55,627 nucleotides of DNA, from contig CAMEOO010000004.1 in assembly GCA_945929875.1 (NCBI GenBank), positions 1-55,627 of the forward strand, written 5' to 3'. The DNA comes from an uncultured Bacillales bacterium (GTDB lineage Bacteria > Bacillota_I > Bacilli_A > RFN20 > CAG-449). The position numbers were made by a program, and so were the translations under genes. The notes beneath the pieces are model-generated. The model had not been told where the DNA came from. It saw only the letters and a list, made by a program, of their open reading frames with translations, and ran no database searches. The stretch's first letter is position 1, and each line of letters starts with the position of its first letter. Of the stretch, positions 29,627-38,800 are shown piece after piece.

Positions 29627-29771
29627 TAATACGTTCCTCCACGAAAAAATAATATATCAAAAAAGCACGATAATATAAAGGGTATTTTGTTTATTTTTTC
29701 TCAAAAAATATTTACCCTTTATTTTTACAAATAATATTTTTATAATTAGTCTATCAAGTGAGGTAATTATT

Positions 29772-30143
29772 ATGAAAATAGGTATTAAAAGAGAAGATAG
29801 ATATATAGTAGATCACACAAATAGTGCTTTAGAAATGGGAAGTGGAGATTTATTAGTTTTAGCTACTCCATCCTTGCTTGCTTTTTTTGAAAATAGCGCA
29901 AAAGAACTTGTAAGAGATTATCTAGAAGAAGGAACTACAACAGTAGGAATAAGCGTGAATATGTCTCACTTAGCTCCAACGAGAATTGGTGATGAAGTGA
30001 TAGTGACTTGCTCTTTAGTGGCTATTGAAAAAAGAATTCTCACCTTTGAACTTGAAGCTAGGGACTCATTCAATTTAATTTCCAAAGCTACTCATCAAAG
30101 ATGCATTGTAAATGAAGAAAAATTCATGTCGAAATTGAAATAA
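29772..30143 (+). CDS. Hotdog-fold thioesterase (FlK-like)
   Basis: GSGDLLVLATPSL..E, TTVGISVNMSHLAPT, HQRCIV. Confidence 0.88.
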   Translation: MKIGIKREDRYIVDHTNSALEMGSGDLLVLATPSLLAFFENSAKELVRDYLEEGTTTVGISVNMSHLAPTRIGDEVIVTCSLVAIEKRILTFELEARDSFNLISKATHQRCIVNEEKFMSKLK

Positions 30144-30144
30144 T

Positions 30145-31011
30145 ATGAAAGTAACTTTATTAAAGCCTATAGGATTTTGTCAAGGAGTCATAAAAGCGAT
30201 ATCTAAAGCATATCAGGTAAAAAATGCAAATAAAGATAAAAATGTCTTTGTATTAGGAAAGTTAGTCCATAATGAAAAAGTCATTAAAGACTTAGAAAGT
30301 AAAGGTATTTTTACTTTGGATGTAAATAGTCAAGATATCAGTGAAATTATAAAAAAAATAGATGAGGATGACATTGTTATTTTAACTGCTCATGGCCATA
30401 GCAAAAATATTGAAAAGCTTTTAGATGATAGAAGGATAAAGTATTTTGATACCACTTGCGAAAAAGTAAAAGAAAACATGAGAATTATTAAAGATAATGA
30501 AGCTAACGGTATCATTTATATCGGTAAGAAAAATCATCCAGAAACTATGGCTTCATTAAGTGTCTCAAATAACGTATTTCTTTATGATATCAACGAAGGA
30601 ATTGATTATTCTAAAGTGATTTTTTCTTCTCCGGTTGTCATTAATCAAACTACTCTCTCTTTTTTAGAGATAAGAAAAATACATCTAGATATATTAAATC
30701 ATTTGCCAAGTGCTTTAATTTATGACGAAGTGTGTAACGCGACTAGATTGAGGCAAGAAATGCTTTTATCTAAAAAAGAAGACTATGAGATAATATTTAT
30801 CGTGGGCTCAATCCATTCATCTAATACTGAACAATTATATCGAATTGCAAAAGATAGATATAAAGATTCCTTTGTGGTTAAAGTGAACAGCCTAGAAGAT
30901 GTTAAGAAACTAGATTTATCAAATTACCATACTTGTTTAATAGGAAGTGGGACTTCCACTCCTTTAGAGATAATTGAAGAAATTAAAGACTATTTAGAAG
31001 GGATGAATTAA
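30145..31011 (+). CDS. ispH: HMBPP reductase IspH/LytB
   Basis: Three Fe-S cysteines (GFCQGV, DTTCEKV, VCNAT), VHN, AHG, HPE, NQTT, SSNT, GTSTP. Confidence 0.95.
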   Translation: MKVTLLKPIGFCQGVIKAISKAYQVKNANKDKNVFVLGKLVHNEKVIKDLESKGIFTLDVNSQDISEIIKKIDEDDIVILTAHGHSKNIEKLLDDRRIKYFDTTCEKVKENMRIIKDNEANGIIYIGKKNHPETMASLSVSNNVFLYDINEGIDYSKVIFSSPVVINQTTLSFLEIRKIHLDILNHLPSALIYDEVCNATRLRQEMLLSKKEDYEIIFIVGSIHSSNTEQLYRIAKDRYKDSFVVKVNSLEDVKKLDLSNYHTCLIGSGTSTPLEIIEEIKDYLEGMN

Positions 31012-31739
31012 TGGAAGAAAATTTTAAATTGACAAAAAAGTTGAATCACATCGCCTTTATTATGGATGGAAATGGCAGGTGGGCAAAAAAAAGAGGCCTA
31101 TCTAGAACTAAGGGCCATAAGGAAGGGTGTAAAAGAATTGGTGAAATATTTTCAGCATGTCGAAAATATGGAATAAGAGTCTTTACTATTTATGCCTTTT
31201 CTACTGAGAATTGGAATCGCCCTAAAAAAGAAATTGATTATTTATTTAATTACCTAGAATCATTTTTTAATGAAAATATTGAAAGATTTGTTAAAGAAGG
31301 AGTTAGAGTTCAACATATGGGTGATCCTTCTAAACTTCCTATTAAAACCCAAAAAATATTAAAAGAAGCTATAGAAAGAACAAAACACAATGATAAAAAT
31401 GTATTTAATATCTGTTTAAATTATGGTTCTAGACAAGAAATAGTTTCTAGCGTTAAAAAGATTATTAAAGATGTGAAAGATAAAAAAATAAATGTTGATG
31501 ATATCGACGAACATTTATTTTATCAATACTTAGATTCAGGAAATCTAGAAGAAGTAGATTTATTGATTAGAACTTCTGGTGAACAAAGATTATCTAATTT
31601 CTTGCTTTATCAATTAGCGTATGCTGAATTTATTTTTACTCCAACTTATTGGCCAGATTTTAATGAAGAAGAATTAGTTAAGTGCTTAAAAGAATATTGC
31701 TCACGAGAAAGAAGATTTGGTGCGATAAAAGAAGATTAA
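31011..31739 (+). CDS. uppS: Undecaprenyl/polyprenyl diphosphate synthase
   Basis: HIAFIMDGNGRWA, YAFSTENWNRP, NYGSR, IRTSGEQRLSNFL, RRFG. Confidence 0.96.
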   Translation: MEENFKLTKKLNHIAFIMDGNGRWAKKRGLSRTKGHKEGCKRIGEIFSACRKYGIRVFTIYAFSTENWNRPKKEIDYLFNYLESFFNENIERFVKEGVRVQHMGDPSKLPIKTQKILKEAIERTKHNDKNVFNICLNYGSRQEIVSSVKKIIKDVKDKKINVDDIDEHLFYQYLDSGNLEEVDLLIRTSGEQRLSNFLLYQLAYAEFIFTPTYWPDFNEEELVKCLKEYCSRERRFGAIKED

Positions 31740-33583
31740 GCTTTTAATTTATTAATTAAAGATGTCAATGTAAATAAATCGACGTGACATCTTTTTTCTT
31801 GCTGATCAATTGTTCCTTTTTGGATAAATTCATTTTTTAAACAAACTCGATGAATTTGATTTTTATAGCCTAGATCATTTAATAATGCAATGACATGATA
31901 ACTAAATCCTTGCTCAATAGCATAAGGATCATAGATAACAATATTTTTATAGTCTAATAATTCTTTTAATAACTCTTTATCAAGAGGAGATTGGAAAATT
32001 GCATTAATGATTGTAATTCCAAGATTTAGAGAAAGAATTTCATTTAATTTTGGGCCAAAGGTGATTAAGCATACTTTTTCATTATCTACTTTTGTTTCAT
32101 ATAACCACTTTCCATATTTAATTTCTTCAATTTTTCTTTCTTGATTTTTTAAATATCCTACTGGGTATCTTATCGCTAAAGGATGAGGGAAGGTTTTACT
32201 AAAATTAATTAATGAAATAATTTGATTTTGATCTTTTCCCATACATACTGACATATTAGGCATATTTAATAAAAATGATTCATCAAAAATACCTTGATGA
32301 GTTTCTCCATCACTACCCACTAAACCTGAGCGGTCGATTAAGAAAGTGACGGGTAAATCCATTCTGGCAACATCGTGATTAATTTGATCGTATGCTCTTT
32401 GTAAGAAGGTAGAGTATAGACATACGTAAGGGTGTTTATTTAATAAAGCATAGCCAGAACAAAAAGTAACAGCGTGTTCTTCGCTGATTCCAAAGTCTAA
32501 AGCTTGATCTTGATATTTTTCTAAAAGATAATCCATTTTGCTCCCATAAGCGGTGCTAGCTAAAACTAATATCGAATCCTTATTTTCATTTAAAACTATA
32601 TCCATTTCTTTAGAAACAACTTCACATATTTGAGTCTCATCCTTTGGGGTAGTGTCAATTTGAATTCCATTTTGTATATTAAAAGGCTTTACGCTATGGT
32701 AGGAAGAATTTTCAACTTCAGAATATTTATATCCTTTCCCTTTTATTGTAGAAACATGAATTATTACGGATGATTTTTTCTTTTTAGCCTTATTAAATGC
32801 TCTTTCCATCTCCTTAAAGTCATATCCATCTACATTGCCAATATAATAAAATCCAAACATTTCAAAATAATTGTTTTTAAGCAGTATTTTTTTTATGAAA
32901 TCTTTTGTTCTTTTCAAAAAAGAGAATATCGCTCTTGTAAATCTATTCTTATCCATTCTCTTACTATATTTTTCTTTGAAATTCATGTATTTTTCCGATA
33001 AGCGAATTGATTGAAGCATGTTGTGGAAGGCTCCAACTGGTTGAGAAATAGACATGTTATTATCGTTAATCACGATGATAACTTTATGTTTTAAATAATC
33101 TTGACTATTTAAAGCTTCAAAAGCTAATCCATTTGAAATGGATGAGTCGCCAATTACTGTCACAATAGAGTAATCTTCATTATTTTGATCTCTAGCTAAA
33201 GCCATGCCTAGAGCGCTGGAAATAGAAGTAGAAGAGTGACCTGCTTCAAAGGGATCGTATTCTGATTCTTTTCTTTTTTGAAATCCATCTACTCCATTTT
33301 CTTTTCTTAGGTTATCTAATGATCTTCCAGAAAGTATCTTGTGAGTGTAGCATTGATGACCAACGTCAAAAAGAAGCTTGTCTTTTGGAAAAGAAAAAGC
33401 CTTATGCAAAGCGACAGTTAGTTCAACTACTCCAAGATTTGAAGCTAGATGACCTCCATTAACACTGCATTTTTCAATAATGTAATTTCTAATTTGATTA
33501 CTTAATTCTTTTAATTCTTTAGTGCTCTTTTCTTTCAAATTACACTTTGAAACTTGATTGATGAAATCTTGATTATCTTCCAT
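31736..33583 (-). CDS. dxs: 1-deoxy-D-xylulose-5-phosphate synthase
   Basis: GGHLASNLGVVELT, FDVGHQCY, AGHSSTSIS, YSTFLQRAYDQ, DRSGLVGSDGETHQG; ATG 33583 behind AAGGAG. Confidence 0.95.
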   Translation of the reverse strand: MEDNQDFINQVSKCNLKEKSTKELKELSNQIRNYIIEKCSVNGGHLASNLGVVELTVALHKAFSFPKDKLLFDVGHQCYTHKILSGRSLDNLRKENGVDGFQKRKESEYDPFEAGHSSTSISSALGMALARDQNNEDYSIVTVIGDSSISNGLAFEALNSQDYLKHKVIIVINDNNMSISQPVGAFHNMLQSIRLSEKYMNFKEKYSKRMDKNRFTRAIFSFLKRTKDFIKKILLKNNYFEMFGFYYIGNVDGYDFKEMERAFNKAKKKKSSVIIHVSTIKGKGYKYSEVENSSYHSVKPFNIQNGIQIDTTPKDETQICEVVSKEMDIVLNENKDSILVLASTAYGSKMDYLLEKYQDQALDFGISEEHAVTFCSGYALLNKHPYVCLYSTFLQRAYDQINHDVARMDLPVTFLIDRSGLVGSDGETHQGIFDESFLLNMPNMSVCMGKDQNQIISLINFSKTFPHPLAIRYPVGYLKNQERKIEEIKYGKWLYETKVDNEKVCLITFGPKLNEILSLNLGITIINAIFQSPLDKELLKELLDYKNIVIYDPYAIEQGFSYHVIALLNDLGYKNQIHRVCLKNEFIQKGTIDQQEKRCHVDLFTLTSLINKLKA

Positions 33584-33852
33584 TAATTCTCTCCTTGGTG
33601 TCACTTGTAAATTGTATCACTATTTATTATTTAAAGAAAGATATAATTTATTAATTGAAATTAAGCAAAATGTATAATAGAAGTACTTTAAAATACACAT
33701 AGTTATTGTTTATGCGATAATATGATGAACTTGTTACTATTATTATTTTCGTGGTCATGACTACGAAAAATAATTTAATTATTTTCAAGTTTCATTTTTA
33801 AGTATATTTTTATGTGGTAAAATAAAGTATTGGAAGAATTTAGGTGAAGAGT

Positions 33853-36699
33853 ATGGCTAGTAAAGAAATAGTTGTAAAAGGCGCAAGAGAGAATAATTTA
33901 AAAAATATTAATATTAGTTTACCAAAAGAAAAATTAATTGTTTTTACTGGGGTATCAGGAAGTGGTAAATCCACTTTAGCTTTCGATACCATTTATAATG
34001 AAGGTCAAAGGAGATATGTAGAGAGTTTATCAAGCTACGCTAGACAATTTTTAGGCAACGTGGAAAAACCAGATGTCGATGCGATTGAAGGATTATCTCC
34101 GGCTATTGCAATCGATCAAAAAACCACTTCTCACAATCCTAGATCAACGGTAGGTACAGTAACTGAAATCTATGATTATCTTCGTTTATTATTCGCTAGA
34201 ATCGGCGTTCCTTATTGTCCAAATCATCATAAACCAATCGTCAAATTTACTCCTAGACAAATGATCGATATCATCAAAAAGAAACCGCTAGGAAGCAAGA
34301 TTATTATTTTAGCCCCAATTGTATATAATGAAAAAGGCACTCAAAAAGAAGTGTTAGAAAAAATTAAGAATTTAGGCTATGAAAGAATAAGATTAGAAAG
34401 AAAGGATTTTTATAGAATTAATGAAGTCCCTCCGCTAGAAAAGAATAATAAGCATTTTATCGATGTAGTTATCGATCGACTCATCTTAAAAGAAGATTCT
34501 GATTCAAGATTATATGAAAGTATAGAAAATGCTTTAGATGTCGCAAATGGGTATGTAATTATTTATTCTGAAGGAGAAGAAACTTTGTTTAGTGAGCATC
34601 AAGCTTGCCCTGAATGTGGATTTTCAATTCCTCCTCTTGAACCAAGATTATTCTCATTTAACGCACCATTAGGATGCTGCCCTGAATGTCATGGGTTAGG
34701 ACTTAAAAGAGAAGCGGTAGAAGAACTAATTGTTCCAAATCCAAATTTATCAATTAACCAAGGAGCAATCGTCTATTATAAAAATATTATTAATACGACA
34801 AATATTGAATGGCAAGAATTTGATTACTTATTAAATTACTATGGAATTTCAAAAGATATCCCATATCGTAAAATACCAGAAGATCAAAGAAAAATCATTT
34901 TATATGGTTCTCCTACTCCTATTCAATTTAAACTTACTTCCTCTTCGGGGAATGTGATGAATCGAACTGGAATAGAGGGAATTAAAACTAAAATTGATCG
35001 AATGTATTTGACCACTTCTAGCGAATTTATGCGTGATTACTATGGTTCTTTTATGCTTGATTCAGTTTGTACTACTTGTAATGGAGCAAGGCTAAATGAA
35101 AGTACTTTATCTGTAAAAGTGGGTGGATTAAATATATATGAAGTAACTAAACTATCGCTAAAAGACTTGCTATCATTTTTAGATAATTTACAATTAACTC
35201 CACAAGAAAAAGAAATAGCGAACTTGGTGTTAAAAGAAATTAAGAATCGAGTTTCTTTCCTTGTCGATGTTGGACTTGAATACCTAACTCTAGCGAGAAT
35301 GGCGATGACTCTTTCAGGAGGAGAAAGTCAAAGAATTAGATTAGCTACGCAAATTGGCTCAAAACTTTCTGGCGTTTTATATGTTTTAGATGAACCTTCA
35401 ATTGGTCTTCATCAAAGAGATAACGATCGTTTAATAAAAACATTAAAAGAAATGAGAGATTTAGGAAATACTTTAATCGTTGTTGAACATGATGAAGACA
35501 CGATGCTTGCAAGTGACTTCCTCGTGGACATTGGCCCTGGAGCAGGAGTTCACGGAGGCAATGTAGTCAGCGCTGGTACTCCAGAAGAAGTTATGAATGA
35601 TCCTTCTTCTTTAACCGGACAATATCTATCAGGGAAAAAATTCATTCCAGTTCCTAATTTTAGAGGAAAAGGTAATGGTAAGTTTATTACTATTAAGAAG
35701 GCTAGTTGCAATAATTTGAAAAATATTGACGTCAAGATTCCTCTTGGTTTATTTTGTTGTATCACCGGGGTATCAGGAAGTGGTAAGTCAAGTCTAATTA
35801 CTGAAATCTTATATAAAACTGTTAGAAATAAACTTTATAATACTAAAGAAATCCCAGGAAAAAACGAAGGGGTTTTAGGAATAGAAAATATCGATAAAGT
35901 TATCAATGTATCTCAAGAACCAATTGGAAGAACTCCAAGAAGTAATCCAGCCACTTATATAGGAGTGTTTGATGATATAAGAGATTTATTTGCTAGCACG
36001 ATTGAAGCAAAAGCAAGAGGCTATTCTAAGGGTAGATTTTCCTTTAATGTTAAAGGAGGAAGATGTGAAAAATGTGAAGGAGATGGAGTAAAAAGAATTT
36101 CGATGAATTTCCTTCCAGATGTCTATGTCACTTGCGATGAATGTGGAGGAAAAAGATATAATGAAGAGACTTTGCAAGTCACTTATAAAGGAAAGAATGT
36201 CTTCGATGTTTTAGATATGACATGTGAAGATGCTGCGGAATTTTTCAAAAACGTTCCTTCAATATATCGTAAAGTGCAAACTCTCGTCGATGTTGGACTA
36301 GGCTATATTAAGTTAGGACAAAGTTCAACTACCTTATCTGGAGGAGAAAGTCAAAGAGTCAAACTCGCTTATGAACTACAAAGAAGATCAACAGGTAATA
36401 CGCTATATATTCTTGATGAACCTACAACTGGTCTTCACGTCGATGATATTAGGTGTCTACTAAATGTTTTAAATACTATTGTCAATAATGGTAACAGCGT
36501 AGTAGTAATTGAACATAACTTAGACGTAATTAAGTGTGCGGATTACATTATTGATCTAGGCCCTGAAGGAGGAGACCAAGGTGGACAAATCGTTTGTCAA
36601 GGAACTCCAGAAGAAGTATCTTTATGCGATAAATCTTATACAGGGCAATATCTAAAAAAGATTATTGAGCGCGATAAAAATCGGGCTAAAAATCTATAG
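33853..36699 (+). CDS. uvrA: Excinuclease ABC subunit A
   Basis: Two Walker A GVSGSGKS, two LSGGE, zinc fingers, FSFN motifs. Confidence 0.98.
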   Translation: MASKEIVVKGARENNLKNINISLPKEKLIVFTGVSGSGKSTLAFDTIYNEGQRRYVESLSSYARQFLGNVEKPDVDAIEGLSPAIAIDQKTTSHNPRSTVGTVTEIYDYLRLLFARIGVPYCPNHHKPIVKFTPRQMIDIIKKKPLGSKIIILAPIVYNEKGTQKEVLEKIKNLGYERIRLERKDFYRINEVPPLEKNNKHFIDVVIDRLILKEDSDSRLYESIENALDVANGYVIIYSEGEETLFSEHQACPECGFSIPPLEPRLFSFNAPLGCCPECHGLGLKREAVEELIVPNPNLSINQGAIVYYKNIINTTNIEWQEFDYLLNYYGISKDIPYRKIPEDQRKIILYGSPTPIQFKLTSSSGNVMNRTGIEGIKTKIDRMYLTTSSEFMRDYYGSFMLDSVCTTCNGARLNESTLSVKVGGLNIYEVTKLSLKDLLSFLDNLQLTPQEKEIANLVLKEIKNRVSFLVDVGLEYLTLARMAMTLSGGESQRIRLATQIGSKLSGVLYVLDEPSIGLHQRDNDRLIKTLKEMRDLGNTLIVVEHDEDTMLASDFLVDIGPGAGVHGGNVVSAGTPEEVMNDPSSLTGQYLSGKKFIPVPNFRGKGNGKFITIKKASCNNLKNIDVKIPLGLFCCITGVSGSGKSSLITEILYKTVRNKLYNTKEIPGKNEGVLGIENIDKVINVSQEPIGRTPRSNPATYIGVFDDIRDLFASTIEAKARGYSKGRFSFNVKGGRCEKCEGDGVKRISMNFLPDVYVTCDECGGKRYNEETLQVTYKGKNVFDVLDMTCEDAAEFFKNVPSIYRKVQTLVDVGLGYIKLGQSSTTLSGGESQRVKLAYELQRRSTGNTLYILDEPTTGLHVDDIRCLLNVLNTIVNNGNSVVVIEHNLDVIKCADYIIDLGPEGGDQGGQIVCQGTPEEVSLCDKSYTGQYLKKIIERDKNRAKNL

Positions 36700-36762
36700 T
36701 TATTGTAAATATAGTAATTAATTGTTATTATCATAACGGGAATGAATTTAAGGAGAAAAATC

Positions 36763-37950
36763 GTGAAAAATGCAGTTTATTTTCAATCGGGAGGACCTAC
36801 TTCAGTAATTAATACTTCTTTTTTAGGTGTGATTAAAAAATACCAAGAAAATGATGAAGTAGATGTTCTTTATGGATCAAAATATGGAATTCAAGGTCTT
36901 ATTGACGACGACTTAATTTTGATTGATAAAAATAAAGACTATTCCTCTTTATCTAAAATTCCTGGAGCAATACTTGGAAGTGCACGCGTAAAACTATCTA
37001 ATGAATTTGATAAAACTTATTATCAGATTCTAGATACTTTAAAGAAACACTCTATCGAATATATATTCATTAATGGCGGAAATGATTCGATGGATACTGG
37101 GAATAAACTTCTTTCCTTCCTTAAAAAAGAGAACTATAAGTGTCAAGTAGTTGGAATTTGTAAAACTATCGATAACGATTTAGAAGAGATGGATTTTAGC
37201 CCAGGGTTTCCTTCTGCTGTTAATTATATAGTTAAATCAATAATGGAGATTTCTCTTGATACAAGATCCTATAAAAAAGGAAGGGTCACTATTGTTGAAA
37301 CTATGGGTAGAGATGCCGGTTGGCTTTGCGCTTCTAGTTTTCTTGCAAATGACTTTGGCTATGGCCCAGACTTAATTTATCTTCCAGAAGTTAATTTTAA
37401 CGTCAATAATTTCTTAGAAGATGTAAAAAAAGTCTATCAAGAACAAGGGAGAGTTTTAGTTTGCGTTTCCGAAGCCTTAAAAGATAATAGAGGTAATTAC
37501 ATCTTTAACGATAACTCAAAGTTAGATTCATTTGGACACACTCAACTTGGATCTATATCTAAAACGCTTTGCGACATCGTAAAAGAAAAACTAAACTACC
37601 CAACTCGAGCGATTGAATTTAATTTAATGCAACGTTGCTCTTCACACATTCAAAGTAAACTCGATACAAAGGTCGCCCTTGAATGTGGAGAAAATGCATA
37701 TAATTTTGCCTTAGATAAAAAAAGTGGAGTTATTTGTGTAAGAATTGATAACGGGAAGATCAATTATAGGATAGAGAATTTTGAAAAAATCGCTAACAGG
37801 ATAAGAAGAGTTCCTTTAGAATTTATAAGTGAAGAAGGAAATGGATTATCAAAAAAAGGAAAAGAATATTTTGAGTTTTTTAAAGATGATTCTTTAAAAA
37901 TCGATATTCCAGAAGATTTAAAAGGAGTTACAAATGGAAAGAATAGCTAA
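36763..37950 (+). CDS. pfp: 6-phosphofructokinase, probably PPi-dependent
   Basis: QSGGPTSVIN, GGNDS (Asp), KTIDND (Lys), ETMGR, DSFGHTQL; GTG 36763 behind AAGGAG. Confidence 0.85.
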   Translation: MKNAVYFQSGGPTSVINTSFLGVIKKYQENDEVDVLYGSKYGIQGLIDDDLILIDKNKDYSSLSKIPGAILGSARVKLSNEFDKTYYQILDTLKKHSIEYIFINGGNDSMDTGNKLLSFLKKENYKCQVVGICKTIDNDLEEMDFSPGFPSAVNYIVKSIMEISLDTRSYKKGRVTIVETMGRDAGWLCASSFLANDFGYGPDLIYLPEVNFNVNNFLEDVKKVYQEQGRVLVCVSEALKDNRGNYIFNDNSKLDSFGHTQLGSISKTLCDIVKEKLNYPTRAIEFNLMQRCSSHIQSKLDTKVALECGENAYNFALDKKSGVICVRIDNGKINYRIENFEKIANRIRRVPLEFISEEGNGLSKKGKEYFEFFKDDSLKIDIPEDLKGVTNGKNS

Positions 37951-38446
37951 ATTTGAAAAAGTTTCATTGAAGCAATTTTTAGAAGGTGCAAAAGAATTTT
38001 TACCAACTTTAAATGAAGATCAACTTAAAGAATTGTACGATAATATTAAATTACCAAAAAGAGCTACTAAAGCTTCCGCTGGATACGATTTTTTTACTTA
38101 TGTTGATTTGACTTTAAATCCAGGAGAAACCTTAAAGGTTCCTACTGGAATTAGATGTAAAATCGAAGATAATTACGTTTTATTAATCGCACCTCGCTCT
38201 AGTTTAGGATTTAAGTATCGATTACAATTAGATAATACCATTGGAGTTATCGATAGCGATTACTACAACGCAAAAAATGAAGGGCATATTTTTATAAAAA
38301 TCACTAATGATTCAAAGAATAATAAACAAATGAAGGTTAATGCTTTAGAAGGATTTGCTCAAGGAATATTTGTTCAATATGGAATTACTATTGATGATGA
38401 AGTAAATGAAATAAGAACTGGAGGATTTGGCTCCACCAATAAATAA
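37934..38446 (+). CDS. dut: dUTP diphosphatase
   Basis: SAGYDF, PRSSLG, GVIDSDYY, AQGIF, RTGGFGST. Confidence 0.95.
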   Translation: MERIAKFEKVSLKQFLEGAKEFLPTLNEDQLKELYDNIKLPKRATKASAGYDFFTYVDLTLNPGETLKVPTGIRCKIEDNYVLLIAPRSSLGFKYRLQLDNTIGVIDSDYYNAKNEGHIFIKITNDSKNNKQMKVNALEGFAQGIFVQYGITIDDEVNEIRTGGFGSTNK

Positions 38447-38447
38447 A

Positions 38448-38744
38448 ATGAAAAACAAGAAGATTTTTGAGATTGTATTTGTATTAATTGTTGGGTTAAC
38501 AATTCTAGGTATATGCATTCCTTCAATTATCACCAATGTAAAAAAAGCAAGGATCGACGCATCTTATCTTGCTGCGAAAGCATATTATGAAGAATATTTG
38601 TCATATTACCAAATAGAACATTTAGAAGAAGGGCAAGTAATTTATTATAATGATGGCCATCAATATTGGTTAATCGATAGTCAAGGAAATATCTTAGTAG
38701 ATGAAGATAAAAACCCGATGACGCTAATCGAAGAGAAAAAATAA
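38448..38744 (+). CDS. Small single-TM protein, pilin/pseudopilin-like N-terminus
   Basis: MKNKK, a hydrophobic helix ending in IPS, then amphipathic VKKARIDAS; start moved to ATG 38448, right after the dut stop. Confidence 0.6.
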   Translation: MKNKKIFEIVFVLIVGLTILGICIPSIITNVKKARIDASYLAAKAYYEEYLSYYQIEHLEEGQVIYYNDGHQYWLIDSQGNILVDEDKNPMTLIEEKK

Positions 38745-38800
38745 AAAAATTGTTTTTTATGACAATTTTTTTTATAATCATTATGTGAGGATGATTAAAG

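Noticed and set aside
33720-33745. LexA (Cheo) box upstream of uvrA
   Set aside because: GAACTTGTTACT does not fit GAAC-N4-GTTC.
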